A stretch of DNA of 59,551 nucleotides from a virus (IMGVR_UViG_3300010234_000012:1-59551); one strand, 5' to 3'. Positions 1 through 8,411 are shown, numbered from the stretch's first letter. Made by a program: numbers and translations. The notes: generated by a model from the sequence alone, not told the origin.

Positions 1-55
1 TACCTGGACCAGATTCTGGCTACATCTTCGCATGGCTACCACAGCAGCAGTAGGA
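1..55. repeat. Terminal overlap identical to 59497-59551 (circular contig)
   Basis: Exact 55-nt identity with the window end; an ORF reads through the junction in frame. Confidence 0.97.
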
Positions 56-598
56 CTGGACACTACCCATGCCTTTGCCTCTGGTACTGGTTTCTATGTG
101 ATGCACAACGGAGTCCTTCGAGGTGAGAAGGCTGACAGTTATCCTTGTGACAGTATGCTGATACCTGATATGATCCGCGACCTAGGCATCAATGCAACAG
201 CACAGTATCTCATTGCCAAACAGGGTTACGCCAATTGTTTCCTTGTCAGCCCTGAGACTGGCATCTGGACGATGACACGATCAACCACCGGCACACTATA
301 TACGGACTACAAAGGCAACTACTCGTCTAATCCAACGGCCCGATGTGTGGTGCCAGTACCAGCCTATTCGGTTGAGCACCACGCTGAGCCAGTGCAATTC
401 CTTGAGCCAGGATATGGCAGCTACCTGTCCCCTGCCGAGACGAGCGGAGTTCCTTACACAGAGAGTACCACTAAAGCCTTCTCCCATAAAACCGATGCCT
501 GGGATGAGGTGGATGCCTCAAGGTTTGATGCCTTCGCCTCCAAGTATGATCCAGCAGAGGATGATGAGGAAGAAATCAAAGACAAATATGTGGGGTAA
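1..598 (+). CDS. Class II (Ntn) glutamine amidotransferase, C-terminal part; gene starts at 59303 and wraps (about 263 aa)
   Basis: HLRMATT...THAF...VMHNG...CDS motifs; N-terminus at 59303 is Met-Cys. Confidence 0.85.
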   Translation, partial: TWTRFWLHLRMATTAAVGLDTTHAFASGTGFYVMHNGVLRGEKADSYPCDSMLIPDMIRDLGINATAQYLIAKQGYANCFLVSPETGIWTMTRSTTGTLYTDYKGNYSSNPTARCVVPVPAYSVEHHAEPVQFLEPGYGSYLSPAETSGVPYTESTTKAFSHKTDAWDEVDASRFDAFASKYDPAEDDEEEIKDKYVG

Positions 599-601
599 TG
601 T

Positions 602-868
602 ATGACCTGGGATGACTTAACAGAGGATAATGCAGCAGGCTTACTCTATACAATTTGGGGAGAGTATCGCCTTATCTACACAAAGGAAGGAAAATTTGGA
701 GCTATACCTTTCCCTCAATGTAAATGCGGAGGGCTTTCGTTAAGAGACTTCGCTGAATTTAAGGATGATATGAATTATCTTATGAACGGCTGTATCATTG
801 GCTATGTAACTGAACTTAACTGGATTCTACCTATACCACAGGAGGAAACACATGAAGTCCCCTTTTAA
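602..868 (+). CDS. Hypothetical protein
   Basis: ORF in tightly packed + strand operon. Confidence 0.7.
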   Translation: MTWDDLTEDNAAGLLYTIWGEYRLIYTKEGKFGAIPFPQCKCGGLSLRDFAEFKDDMNYLMNGCIIGYVTELNWILPIPQEETHEVPF

Positions 869-1061
869 GGATGACATCTTAACATTTGACGGCAAGGAAT
901 TCTTTCAACTATGGCCACAGTTTCAATTCGTGGCTCCCTCTTTGGACGAACTGCTTGATAATATTAACCTAAATAACCCGCCGATTGTATGGTGGCTTGG
1001 CGACAATGAACAACCTAAGTACCGACTATGCCCGATGACTCACGGCTGGCTTAAGGCTTGA
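852..1061 (+). CDS. Hypothetical protein
   Basis: GGAGGA RBS, overlaps upstream stop. Confidence 0.7.
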   Translation: MKSPFKDDILTFDGKEFFQLWPQFQFVAPSLDELLDNINLNNPPIVWWLGDNEQPKYRLCPMTHGWLKA

Positions 1062-1086
1062 CACACAACAGGAGATATGATACTAT
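1058..1086 (+). promoter_or_regulatory. Putative sigma70 promoter
   Basis: TTGACA-17 nt-TACTAT with TG extension. Confidence 0.5.
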
Positions 1087-1330
1087 GGACAATGTGATTA
1101 AGGTTGACTTCAACCGAAAACCTTCGCCGATCGAGAGAATCGACAAGGCAATCAGCAACTTAAACAGGGATATGAAACGATGGGAACACACTATCGATCT
1201 ACAGCTAGACGAGCTACTCCGTTATGGTAGGCCAAGCTCTCCTGTGTGGGGTGGCTTTGATGGCGAAATTAAGTATACCCCACCACAATTTCGAGGCTAT
1301 GGAGACGACGGCGAGCCAAGGTTCGAGTGA
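1085..1330 (+). CDS. Hypothetical protein
   Basis: AGGAG RBS; MDNVIKVDF start typical of small phage proteins. Confidence 0.6.
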   Translation: MDNVIKVDFNRKPSPIERIDKAISNLNRDMKRWEHTIDLQLDELLRYGRPSSPVWGGFDGEIKYTPPQFRGYGDDGEPRFE

Positions 1331-1694
1331 CCTAATGATCGTCGCGGCAATCGAGAGCAACTTCAACACCTCCGCAGTATCATCTGCCGGTGCGATGGGA
1401 ACGATGCAGATCATGCCTAAGACGTTCAAATATATCCGCAGCCTATGCCCCAACAGCGTGACACCTGGCTCCAACCCCTTCAACGCCAACGACTCGGCAA
1501 TTGCAGGGCAGTGCTACTTGTCTTATCTTTTACGCAAGGCTGCCGGTGATTACCCAGCGGCACTAGCAGGTTACAATGCGGGACCGTGGGCCATCAAACG
1601 ATACAAGCAGTTAGGATCTCTCCCACATGAGACAGCGAATTATGTCCTGAAATATCTAAGACTTAAGCAGCAGGTTCCAGAATGCGGAAAGTGA
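1224..1694 (+). CDS. Lytic transglycosylase (SLT domain) with hydrophobic N-terminus
   Basis: IESNFN..AVSSAGAMGTMQIMP..T and ALAGYNAGP motifs. Confidence 0.9.
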   Translation: MVGQALLCGVALMAKLSIPHHNFEAMETTASQGSSDLMIVAAIESNFNTSAVSSAGAMGTMQIMPKTFKYIRSLCPNSVTPGSNPFNANDSAIAGQCYLSYLLRKAAGDYPAALAGYNAGPWAIKRYKQLGSLPHETANYVLKYLRLKQQVPECGK

Positions 1695-1915
1695 AACTAC
1701 TATACACATACACCACCATGCTCCATGGCCAGGAGGTCACAGTGAAACGCTACGATTACGTCCACCCCGACAAGGAGGATGAGCCACCCGAACACTACGG
1801 TGAGATACCCAAGCGCAGGAAACGACGCCGAAAAATTTTCGACACCTATGATGCTTTGACTAACCCAGAACTACTATTAGAAGAGGATGAATATGCCCAA
1901 GAAGAAACTGACTAG
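1682..1915 (+). CDS. Hypothetical protein
   Basis: Coupled ORF with basic KRRKRRRK patch. Confidence 0.6.
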   Translation: MRKVKLLYTYTTMLHGQEVTVKRYDYVHPDKEDEPPEHYGEIPKRRKRRRKIFDTYDALTNPELLLEEDEYAQEETD

Positions 1916-2174
1916 CTCAGAGAAACGTACCTTAGCCCAACTACGAAAGGGTAAGATTGCCCTTCGACTAGACCAAGAACACTCAGCTAAGCTGGCATTC
2001 ATTGCTAGGTACTTCGCTGGACACGTTGAAGGTAAGACTACAACCTATAAGGACGCTGCCAACGTAGCCATTGCCGCTATGTATGAGACTGTCCGAAGGC
2101 AGATGGAAGCTGAGGCCCAGAAACCAGCCGAGAATACGGAGTTCGTAGCAGAGGAGGCAAGCACTGATGAGTAA
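1887..2174 (+). CDS. Hypothetical protein, possibly DNA-binding
   Basis: GAGGA RBS, basic N-terminus. Confidence 0.65.
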   Translation: MNMPKKKLTSSEKRTLAQLRKGKIALRLDQEHSAKLAFIARYFAGHVEGKTTTYKDAANVAIAAMYETVRRQMEAEAQKPAENTEFVAEEASTDE

Positions 2175-2337
2175 ACCAGAAGTCGTATATAATAATCGGT
2201 ATAACACCGAGACAATAGAAAGACTACCAGTGCCCGGTGGTTATTTATATAAGTGGTTTATGTGTAATATAATGGAAGAAAATGGGAAACTAGCAATAGC
2301 ATTTGTTCCTGTTAATGGGGAGAGCACTGATGAGTAG
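2167..2337 (+). CDS. Hypothetical 56-aa AT-rich protein (not in ORF track)
   Basis: MSKPEVVYNNRYNTETIERLPVPGGYLY...GESTDE; flanked by 14-nt direct repeat. Confidence 0.7.
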   Translation: MSKPEVVYNNRYNTETIERLPVPGGYLYKWFMCNIMEENGKLAIAFVPVNGESTDE

Positions 2338-2764
2338 AGGTGGCAAAAAGTTTGACACAGGTAAGGCAGATCTGTCCATGGTTCCCCTCCCAGCTCTTGA
2401 GGCAGAGGCTAAGGCATTCATGCTTGGAGAAGAAAAGTATGGACGGTACAATTACCTGGAAGGTATGAGTGCGGTGAGACTATTGGCCGCTGCCCAACGG
2501 CACCTCAGTCAGTGGCTCTGGGAGAAGGATGACGATGATGAGTCGGGAGTTAGTCACCTCGGCCATGCCAGGGCTTGTCTCGGGATGGTGCTGCATCTGG
2601 AGTCCGAGGGCACACTGATTGATGACAGGTACAAACGAGAAATAACGGATGTTATGCATCCCCAGTATAATGTAGACGAGAGGAACGGATATGTCGAGGT
2701 TATTGACGGTGTTGATATCTGCCCTGACACTGGTGCAGTGCGGGGTAACTACTCAGCAAAATAG
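2330..2764 (+). CDS. DUF5664 / dATP-dGTP diphosphohydrolase N-terminal-domain protein
   Basis: GKKFDTGK..LSMVP...GEEKYGRYNY..G...AAQRH....DDESGVSHLGHA signature. Confidence 0.85.
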   Translation: MSRGGKKFDTGKADLSMVPLPALEAEAKAFMLGEEKYGRYNYLEGMSAVRLLAAAQRHLSQWLWEKDDDDESGVSHLGHARACLGMVLHLESEGTLIDDRYKREITDVMHPQYNVDERNGYVEVIDGVDICPDTGAVRGNYSAK

Positions 2765-2969
2765 ACAAGTTCCTGACGAGATCCTAACCTATACACCCAT
2801 CGCCCCAACAACTGATACTGATAGCTGCGAGGTAGAATATATCCCTTGCAGTGTGGAGCTGAGTGTGGTACGATGTATAAGGAAGGACGCAGAGTATGAT
2901 GTCCTCGGAGTGTGCGATGCTGAAGTGGAGGTACTGTATACAGTGTTCGAGAAAGGAGGATGCAAATGA
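2691..2969 (+). CDS. Putative Cys-rich lipoprotein
   Basis: Signal peptide MSRLLTVLISALTLVQC. Confidence 0.55.
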   Translation: MSRLLTVLISALTLVQCGVTTQQNRQVPDEILTYTPIAPTTDTDSCEVEYIPCSVELSVVRCIRKDAEYDVLGVCDAEVEVLYTVFEKGGCK

Positions 2970-3457
2970 ATGGATGGGAGGTAGTTAAGGAGAGAAGTGG
3001 CAACTGCAATATCGTCGTCTTCGATGGTAAGAGGGGTATTAGATTCTGCCAGGCATTAGACTCGAATGCTCATAGAGTGACTATCATGCACTCTATAGGA
3101 TATGACACTTACTGGGCTAGGCGATTTGTTACCCCTATGGGGAACTGTACTATATATATAGACGATGATGATATTGATCCAGCAAGAGTACAACTTTTAC
3201 TAAAGTTTATCCTACACCCAGAGAACTATACAATTATCGAACAGGACAAGTGGTTCAAGATACAAAACAAGATTGCTAACCTATCATATGTAAGGATACC
3301 AAATGACTGTGAATTTACGGAGCCTCTTACTCCAAGGGCACTCGAAGCTATCGGCGGAGAGGTTAGAATTAGAAAGGACGGAGAAACTGGGGAGATTCCG
3401 TGGAGGGAACACGGGAGTAGTTACTTCTACAGGACATATAGTTGGATGCTGCCCTAG
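2960..3457 (+). CDS. Hypothetical AT-rich protein
   Basis: GGAGG RBS; 3' end overlaps next gene by 155 nt. Confidence 0.6.
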   Translation: MQMNGWEVVKERSGNCNIVVFDGKRGIRFCQALDSNAHRVTIMHSIGYDTYWARRFVTPMGNCTIYIDDDDIDPARVQLLLKFILHPENYTIIEQDKWFKIQNKIANLSYVRIPNDCEFTEPLTPRALEAIGGEVRIRKDGETGEIPWREHGSSYFYRTYSWMLP

Positions 3458-4280
3458 GGAAGCACTGCTGAGGTACTATGGGATCTCATCTCCTAACCCA
3501 CTGATGACTCAGCTAATGTTCGAGGCTGGCGAAACCAACGAGGACTCCTTGGAACGTGTGCTCCGAGCCAGTTGGGGTGACAACATCATGACTCAAGAAG
3601 AGTGTGCCATTAAGTGGGAGGTATCCCATGGCGATGTGTCAGTGCCTGTTACCGGACGACCTGATATTGTATTAGCTGATGAGAACGGAGTACCTATCCA
3701 CGGCACCGAACAGAAACTAACATGCTCCTATTGGTCAGCCCGAGACACTGGACCCTTCTCCAAACGTGCTCCCAAGATGGCACACTTGGCCCAGGCAGCT
3801 CACTATATGTGGAAGCTAGGGGAAGCACACGGCAAGGAGTATATCCCATGGGACTTGCAGTATACCAGCCGCATGAACTGGGTGACGTTCGGCTACAAGG
3901 ACTACCCCGAGGAACACCCAGCCGTGACACGAAAGGCAGATGGCAAACCATACAGATTGACCCCATACTATTCGATCTATAATCTCAAGATGATCGGCGG
4001 CGTACTGTACTTCAAGCATGAGAACGACAGGGACTGGACAAGGACCAAGATATCAACACAAGGCATCGAGGATTTCTACACATTACTGGCTGAATGTATT
4101 GCCACTGAGACCCTGCCGCCACGGATGACAGAGCTGACAGTGACTGGGGAGATCAAAGACTTCCAGTACCAGCCGCAGTACAACCCATTCGCTGAGTTGC
4201 ATGATGCAGTGGACAGGGGGGAACTAGACTTCCGGGGATTTATTGAAGGAGCTAAGGCAATTGAGGATGGAGGAATTTAA
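3303..4280 (+). CDS. PD-(D/E)xK (Cas4/RecB-like) exonuclease
   Basis: CPR, GRPDIV, EQK, QAAHY motifs. Confidence 0.75.
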   Translation: MTVNLRSLLLQGHSKLSAERLELERTEKLGRFRGGNTGVVTSTGHIVGCCPREALLRYYGISSPNPLMTQLMFEAGETNEDSLERVLRASWGDNIMTQEECAIKWEVSHGDVSVPVTGRPDIVLADENGVPIHGTEQKLTCSYWSARDTGPFSKRAPKMAHLAQAAHYMWKLGEAHGKEYIPWDLQYTSRMNWVTFGYKDYPEEHPAVTRKADGKPYRLTPYYSIYNLKMIGGVLYFKHENDRDWTRTKISTQGIEDFYTLLAECIATETLPPRMTELTVTGEIKDFQYQPQYNPFAELHDAVDRGELDFRGFIEGAKAIEDGGI

Positions 4281-4282
4281 GA

Positions 4283-4684
4283 ATGATAACCGACTACAGA
4301 AAAGAGATTGCAGAGCTAAAGGATAAGATTGAGGACTTGGAAAAGCGCATCGCTGAGCCAGAGCCGTTTGAGAAGTGGGTGCCGGAGTTAGGGAAGGACT
4401 ACTATTATGTAGGGTGTGAAGGATGTATTAATTCTTATACGTATTGTGACGATCCCTACGACAAAAAAATGTCGGATATTAACAACTGCTTCCCTACCCG
4501 CGAGGCCGCCGAAGCATACCGCGACTTCATGAAGCTGGCGGGTAGGTTGTATCAGATGAGTGGTGGGGAGTATGAATGCGTCTATCCTAACGTAAACTCA
4601 ATAGGTTTACATTTTTGTTTTAGGGGTTGGATGGACAGAAATGCCGCCTACGATATACTCAAAAAAGAGGGGTTGGTGGAATGA
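4283..4684 (+). CDS. Hypothetical phage protein
   Basis: Coiled-coil N-terminus then W.P..G..YY...NCF.T.EAAE pattern. Confidence 0.75.
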   Translation: MITDYRKEIAELKDKIEDLEKRIAEPEPFEKWVPELGKDYYYVGCEGCINSYTYCDDPYDKKMSDINNCFPTREAAEAYRDFMKLAGRLYQMSGGEYECVYPNVNSIGLHFCFRGWMDRNAAYDILKKEGLVE

Positions 4685-4718
4685 TTGATCTTTTACTTGA
4701 TGCTATAGAATTTAATAG

Positions 4719-4747
4719 TTGACAAATAGATACACAGATGGTATAAT
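4719..4747 (+). promoter_or_regulatory. Consensus sigma70 promoter for replication/recombination genes
   Basis: TTGACA-17 nt-TATAAT with extended TG. Confidence 0.9.
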
Positions 4748-4776
4748 CAAATCGTAATTTGGATAGGAGGTTTATT

Positions 4777-5511
4777 GTGAGTGTTTTAGCTAGATTAAAG
4801 AGTTCAGTTGCCAAGCGGGGTGTGTTCGGTGTGGTTGCCGGAACGAGATTGAGTGGCAAGTCAACAGTTGCAGGTACATTACCAGGCAACACATTGTTAT
4901 TGCAGGCAAAGCTAATTGAGACTGGCAGCAGGTCAGCACAGAAGCTTGCCGATAAGCTAGGGAATTCCCTGGACATCGCGGAGTTCTCTACCCTTAAGGA
5001 TCTCTATGATGTGATCGAGGAACTGGGTGAGGATACCCATTACAAGAACATATACATTGACGGTATGTCTGCCATCACGGAGCTGAAGCATGATGAGCCA
5101 GAGATGAGAAAGATGATGAAGAAGAATGTATGGGATGCCTACCGTGAGATCGGAACCTCTGCTGCCACTATCCTATATGCAGCGAAGGGTTTGTCTGAGG
5201 AAACAGGCAAGAACGTATTCTTCACCTTAGCCCTGAAGGAGAAGTATGACAGCATGGGCAACCTAGTTAACCTAGACCCTGACATCAAAGGCAACATGAC
5301 ACTCGGCTCAATCAAGAAGATCTGCCCTGTTGTGGTGTGCCTTCGAGCTACCCTGGACGAGGACGGCAACACTGTGCGAGAGGTATTAACCGCAAGTGAA
5401 GGACCATTCTCGGCCCGAGTGGATGAGTTGATTGATGACGAGAACCCCGGAGTTTTGCCTGCTGACTTAGGCAAAGTCCTAAACCTACTCAACGGAGGAT
5501 CGAATGAGTAA
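4777..5511 (+). CDS. P-loop NTPase (AAA_24 / Sak4-like recombination ATPase)
   Basis: Walker A GTRLSGKST, Walker B IYIDG; GGAGG before GTG 4777; next to SSB-like gene and nuclease. Confidence 0.75.
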   Translation: MSVLARLKSSVAKRGVFGVVAGTRLSGKSTVAGTLPGNTLLLQAKLIETGSRSAQKLADKLGNSLDIAEFSTLKDLYDVIEELGEDTHYKNIYIDGMSAITELKHDEPEMRKMMKKNVWDAYREIGTSAATILYAAKGLSEETGKNVFFTLALKEKYDSMGNLVNLDPDIKGNMTLGSIKKICPVVVCLRATLDEDGNTVREVLTASEGPFSARVDELIDDENPGVLPADLGKVLNLLNGGSNE

Positions 5512-6193
5512 TGCATGGAACACATTGGCAGGTAAACTAGCTGCCGACAGCGACAACTTTAACACCCCAGTCAGTGGCGGCGCATACATGGGGATTGGCG
5601 AACACAGTGACGTATTCATCGAAGGCGTAGAGCGTGACGTGTCGCAGAAAGGCAACCCCTACATCAAGGTGATCTGGTCGGACGACGAGGGACGTAACCA
5701 CAACGACTTCGTGATGCTGTATGGCAAGACCAAAGAAGGTGGCCAAGGATTTCACTTCGCTATTCGCCGGCTGTTCAGCGGATTGATTGCAGATGAGACC
5801 TTACGCTTAGCCTACTTCAACAAGCTAGTCAACGACCCAAGCGGTGAAGGCTTCGACTCCCTCCGAGGATTGCGAGCATCACTTAAGATCGGCCAAGGTC
5901 GCAGTGGCTACACCGTCAAGGAAACACCGACCGGTGGCTACGTGATCTATGATGTCGAGGACAAAGAGAATGTGGTTGAGGATGTGTATGAGACCTACAC
6001 CGATGCAGTGGATGCTGCCAAGGAGATGGGCCTGAAGCGAGCCTATCCAGAAGTGAAGGCCATCAAGTTACCAAGCGAGGAGTATGTAAATGCAAACGAG
6101 GCCGCCGCTAGTTCTTTTGTCGAGGCAGGTAGTGCCGGTGCCAAAGGTGGAAACGTATCCAAACCCCACAATCTTACCCGTAGTTCTATCTAA
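5504..6193 (+). CDS. Putative single-stranded DNA-binding protein (DUF669-like)
   Basis: G.H.DVFIE.VE...SQKGNPYIKV.W pattern; position after AAA ATPase. Confidence 0.55.
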   Translation: MSNAWNTLAGKLAADSDNFNTPVSGGAYMGIGEHSDVFIEGVERDVSQKGNPYIKVIWSDDEGRNHNDFVMLYGKTKEGGQGFHFAIRRLFSGLIADETLRLAYFNKLVNDPSGEGFDSLRGLRASLKIGQGRSGYTVKETPTGGYVIYDVEDKENVVEDVYETYTDAVDAAKEMGLKRAYPEVKAIKLPSEEYVNANEAAASSFVEAGSAGAKGGNVSKPHNLTRSSI

Positions 6194-7298
6194 GCTAGGA
6201 CCAGGGCCGGTTGCCTTCGACCTGGAGACATCTGGCCTGGACCCATTAGCACCCGACGCAAGGATTCGCTCGATCGGTTTGGCCACGGAACGGCTGAGCT
6301 GTGCTATTGATCTTGAGGGGGCTGGGGATAATACCCTAGCTGTCCTCGGGCAATTCCTATCTAGCCGTCCAACGATCGCTCACAACTGGACGTTCGACAG
6401 TGGCTGGATTAAGCAGGTCACTGGGTATATGCCCAAGTATGGGATGTGTACCTATGCCGCCTACAAGCTGCTGGCTAACGAGGGTAACCTTGGACAGGTA
6501 TGGAACCTTAAGGATGCCATGACCAGGCTGCTAGGATGGCCCAACAGTAACGAGAAAGAGCTGTACGACTGGCTCAAGGCAAACAAGCTAAGTAAGGGTG
6601 ACATGCACCTCGCACCATGGGATGTCCTGGGTGAGTACTGTGCCCTGGATACTGCCGCAACATGGCAGCTACATAGGTACTTCGACAAGGAGCTGGACAA
6701 CTGGCCTCACCTCCGCTCATATATCAACGGCGAGGTGGCCACGATCTCACAGCTTGTAGTCGAGCAACAACTCCGAGGCATGAGCATCGACATAGAATAC
6801 CTGGAGGGATATGGTAGGGAGTTGGACGAGGAATGTCTCGCACTGAAGGCTAAGTTCTTTGAGCTGCCCGGTGTACTAGAGGCAGTCGATGCATTCAATT
6901 GTAGGGTGGCTGAGAAGATAGCCTCCAAGGAACCGAAGAGATTCAAGAAGGATAGCACGGAGACAGTAGCCTACATGAAGTGGGTGATCAAGTGTGCAGA
7001 GGCAGAGCATGTAAATCATTTCAACATAGATTCAACCCAGCAGTTGCAGTGGTTGTTCTTCGAGAGGCTTGGCATCACACCAAAACGATACACACCGAAG
7101 GGAGCACCAGCAGTGGATAAGAAATCTTTGCCCTACCTGGGAGCGCCGGGTAGGCTACTGAGTAAATACCGTAAGCTGAGGGATGAGAGGAAGTTCGTGA
7201 CAGCAACACTTAACGTACAGATGGACGGGGTACTGCATCCGATGCTGAAGGTTCCCGCAACAATAACCGGCAGGCTTGGAGGGGGTAGCAATGACTAA
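6090..7298 (+). CDS. polA: Family A DNA polymerase, N-terminal part (3'-5' exonuclease, thumb, start of palm)
   Basis: ExoI FDLETSG, ExoII AHNWTFD, ExoIII YCALD; FNIDSTQQL; ends TITGRLGGGSND*. Confidence 0.92.
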   Translation: MQTRPPLVLLSRQVVPVPKVETYPNPTILPVVLSKLGPGPVAFDLETSGLDPLAPDARIRSIGLATERLSCAIDLEGAGDNTLAVLGQFLSSRPTIAHNWTFDSGWIKQVTGYMPKYGMCTYAAYKLLANEGNLGQVWNLKDAMTRLLGWPNSNEKELYDWLKANKLSKGDMHLAPWDVLGEYCALDTAATWQLHRYFDKELDNWPHLRSYINGEVATISQLVVEQQLRGMSIDIEYLEGYGRELDEECLALKAKFFELPGVLEAVDAFNCRVAEKIASKEPKRFKKDSTETVAYMKWVIKCAEAEHVNHFNIDSTQQLQWLFFERLGITPKRYTPKGAPAVDKKSLPYLGAPGRLLSKYRKLRDERKFVTATLNVQMDGVLHPMLKVPATITGRLGGGSND

Positions 7299-7584
7299 CC
7301 TACTTCCCTGCGCTTGCGGGAGCGAGCCTAAACTTTTTAACCGTAACAGCCTAAACGTACACTATAGATGCCCTGAATGTAAACTAACACCTTGCACTTA
7401 TCACATCAAGGAAGAGTTTGCTAGGCAAGCCTGGAACCACGCCATGGAGCCAGTTGAGGATATGCGTAAGGTTGTTGAGGCGGCGGTAGAATATCGCAGG
7501 CGGTATCTTAAGTTTGGCGCTAAAGCCTCAATGATTGATTTAGTTAAGGCCCTCGCAGCTATGGAGGCAAGCAATGCTGAGTGA
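7291..7584 (+). CDS. Lar-like (restriction alleviation) zinc-finger protein
   Basis: LLPCACG...CPEC...A.QAWN pattern. Confidence 0.6.
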   Translation: MTNLLPCACGSEPKLFNRNSLNVHYRCPECKLTPCTYHIKEEFARQAWNHAMEPVEDMRKVVEAAVEYRRRYLKFGAKASMIDLVKALAAMEASNAE

Positions 7585-7921
7585 CGAGGAACTAGACAAA
7601 ATTCAGTCGAATTATGATGAGGGCTACTACGATAAACTTGCTATGTGGGCTGAGATTAGCCGCAAAGACACAACCAAGCTACTCATGGAAGTCAGGCGCC
7701 TACGCTCAAGGCTAGAGGCGGCGGATCGGTTGGCTGATGCATCGATGGAAATAGCATCCTGCCCGTATATATTAGAAGAGGCATCAATACCAAAGGCAGG
7801 TATTCAAGCAAACCCAGACCAAGTTGTCGGGATGATAAGTTGTGCCATGGTCAGACTAGATAAATTAGAAAAGTCAATCGAAGCATACCACAAGGCGAAG
7901 GAGGGGAGTGATGGAAATTGA
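7574..7921 (+). CDS. Mosaic hypothetical protein, paralogue of 55860-56240
   Basis: Shared MLSD / SRL.AADRLA.AS / EAY.KAKEGSD blocks. Confidence 0.8.
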   Translation: MLSDEELDKIQSNYDEGYYDKLAMWAEISRKDTTKLLMEVRRLRSRLEAADRLADASMEIASCPYILEEASIPKAGIQANPDQVVGMISCAMVRLDKLEKSIEAYHKAKEGSDGN

Positions 7922-8222
7922 AGACGTCTATGACAACTTGAGCGACAAGCCACAAGACTTTTTTGAACGTGTTGAAAAGGCGGGAGGATGGCCTATTGGG
8001 TATAAGTATGCATCTTTTTATCACTCCGTTAGTAACAATGGGCGCGATGTAATGTTCGGTAACGAAAGGTTACGAGAGCCTTATTGGACCACACGCTACG
8101 ATGCCGATGATTACTACTGGTGGAAAATTTCAGGAGCTAAAAAAGCTGTTATTGCCAGCAAGATAAGACGGCAGTTTGCAGATGAGATGCGTCAAAGGAG
8201 TGATGAGGGGAGTGATGAGTAA
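7911..8222 (+). CDS. Hypothetical protein
   Basis: Strong RBS; flanked by 13-nt direct repeat. Confidence 0.75.
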   Translation: MEIEDVYDNLSDKPQDFFERVEKAGGWPIGYKYASFYHSVSNNGRDVMFGNERLREPYWTTRYDADDYYWWKISGAKKAVIASKIRRQFADEMRQRSDEGSDE

Positions 8223-8352
8223 ATTCCTCCATCGACTTTCCTTGTGGGTAGAGATTGTTTCTGCCTTTGACGAGAAGGGTATACCTCTGTCATATATAGA
8301 CAGCCATTTCATATGGAACAAAACTAAGGATCTATGCGGGGATTGGCAGTAG
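8215..8352 (+). CDS. Hypothetical 45-aa protein
   Basis: GAGGGG RBS, ATG overlapping upstream stop. Confidence 0.55.
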   Translation: MSKFLHRLSLWVEIVSAFDEKGIPLSYIDSHFIWNKTKDLCGDWQ

Positions 8353-8411
8353 TGGGTAACTGCGATGGGTTTGATTCCAGCGTCCCTCAAACTTTTGGAT
8401 AGGAGCAGTAC

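Noticed and set aside
1-55. Biological direct terminal repeat
   Set aside because: Exactly 55 nt and in the middle of a gene; typical assembler k-mer overlap of a circular contig
3303-4280. CRISPR-Cas system suggested by the Cas4-like nuclease
   Set aside because: No repeat-spacer array or other cas genes seen; context is phage recombination
8338-8390. Functional tRNA gene
   Set aside because: No anticodon arm or CCA; reported only as tRNA-like
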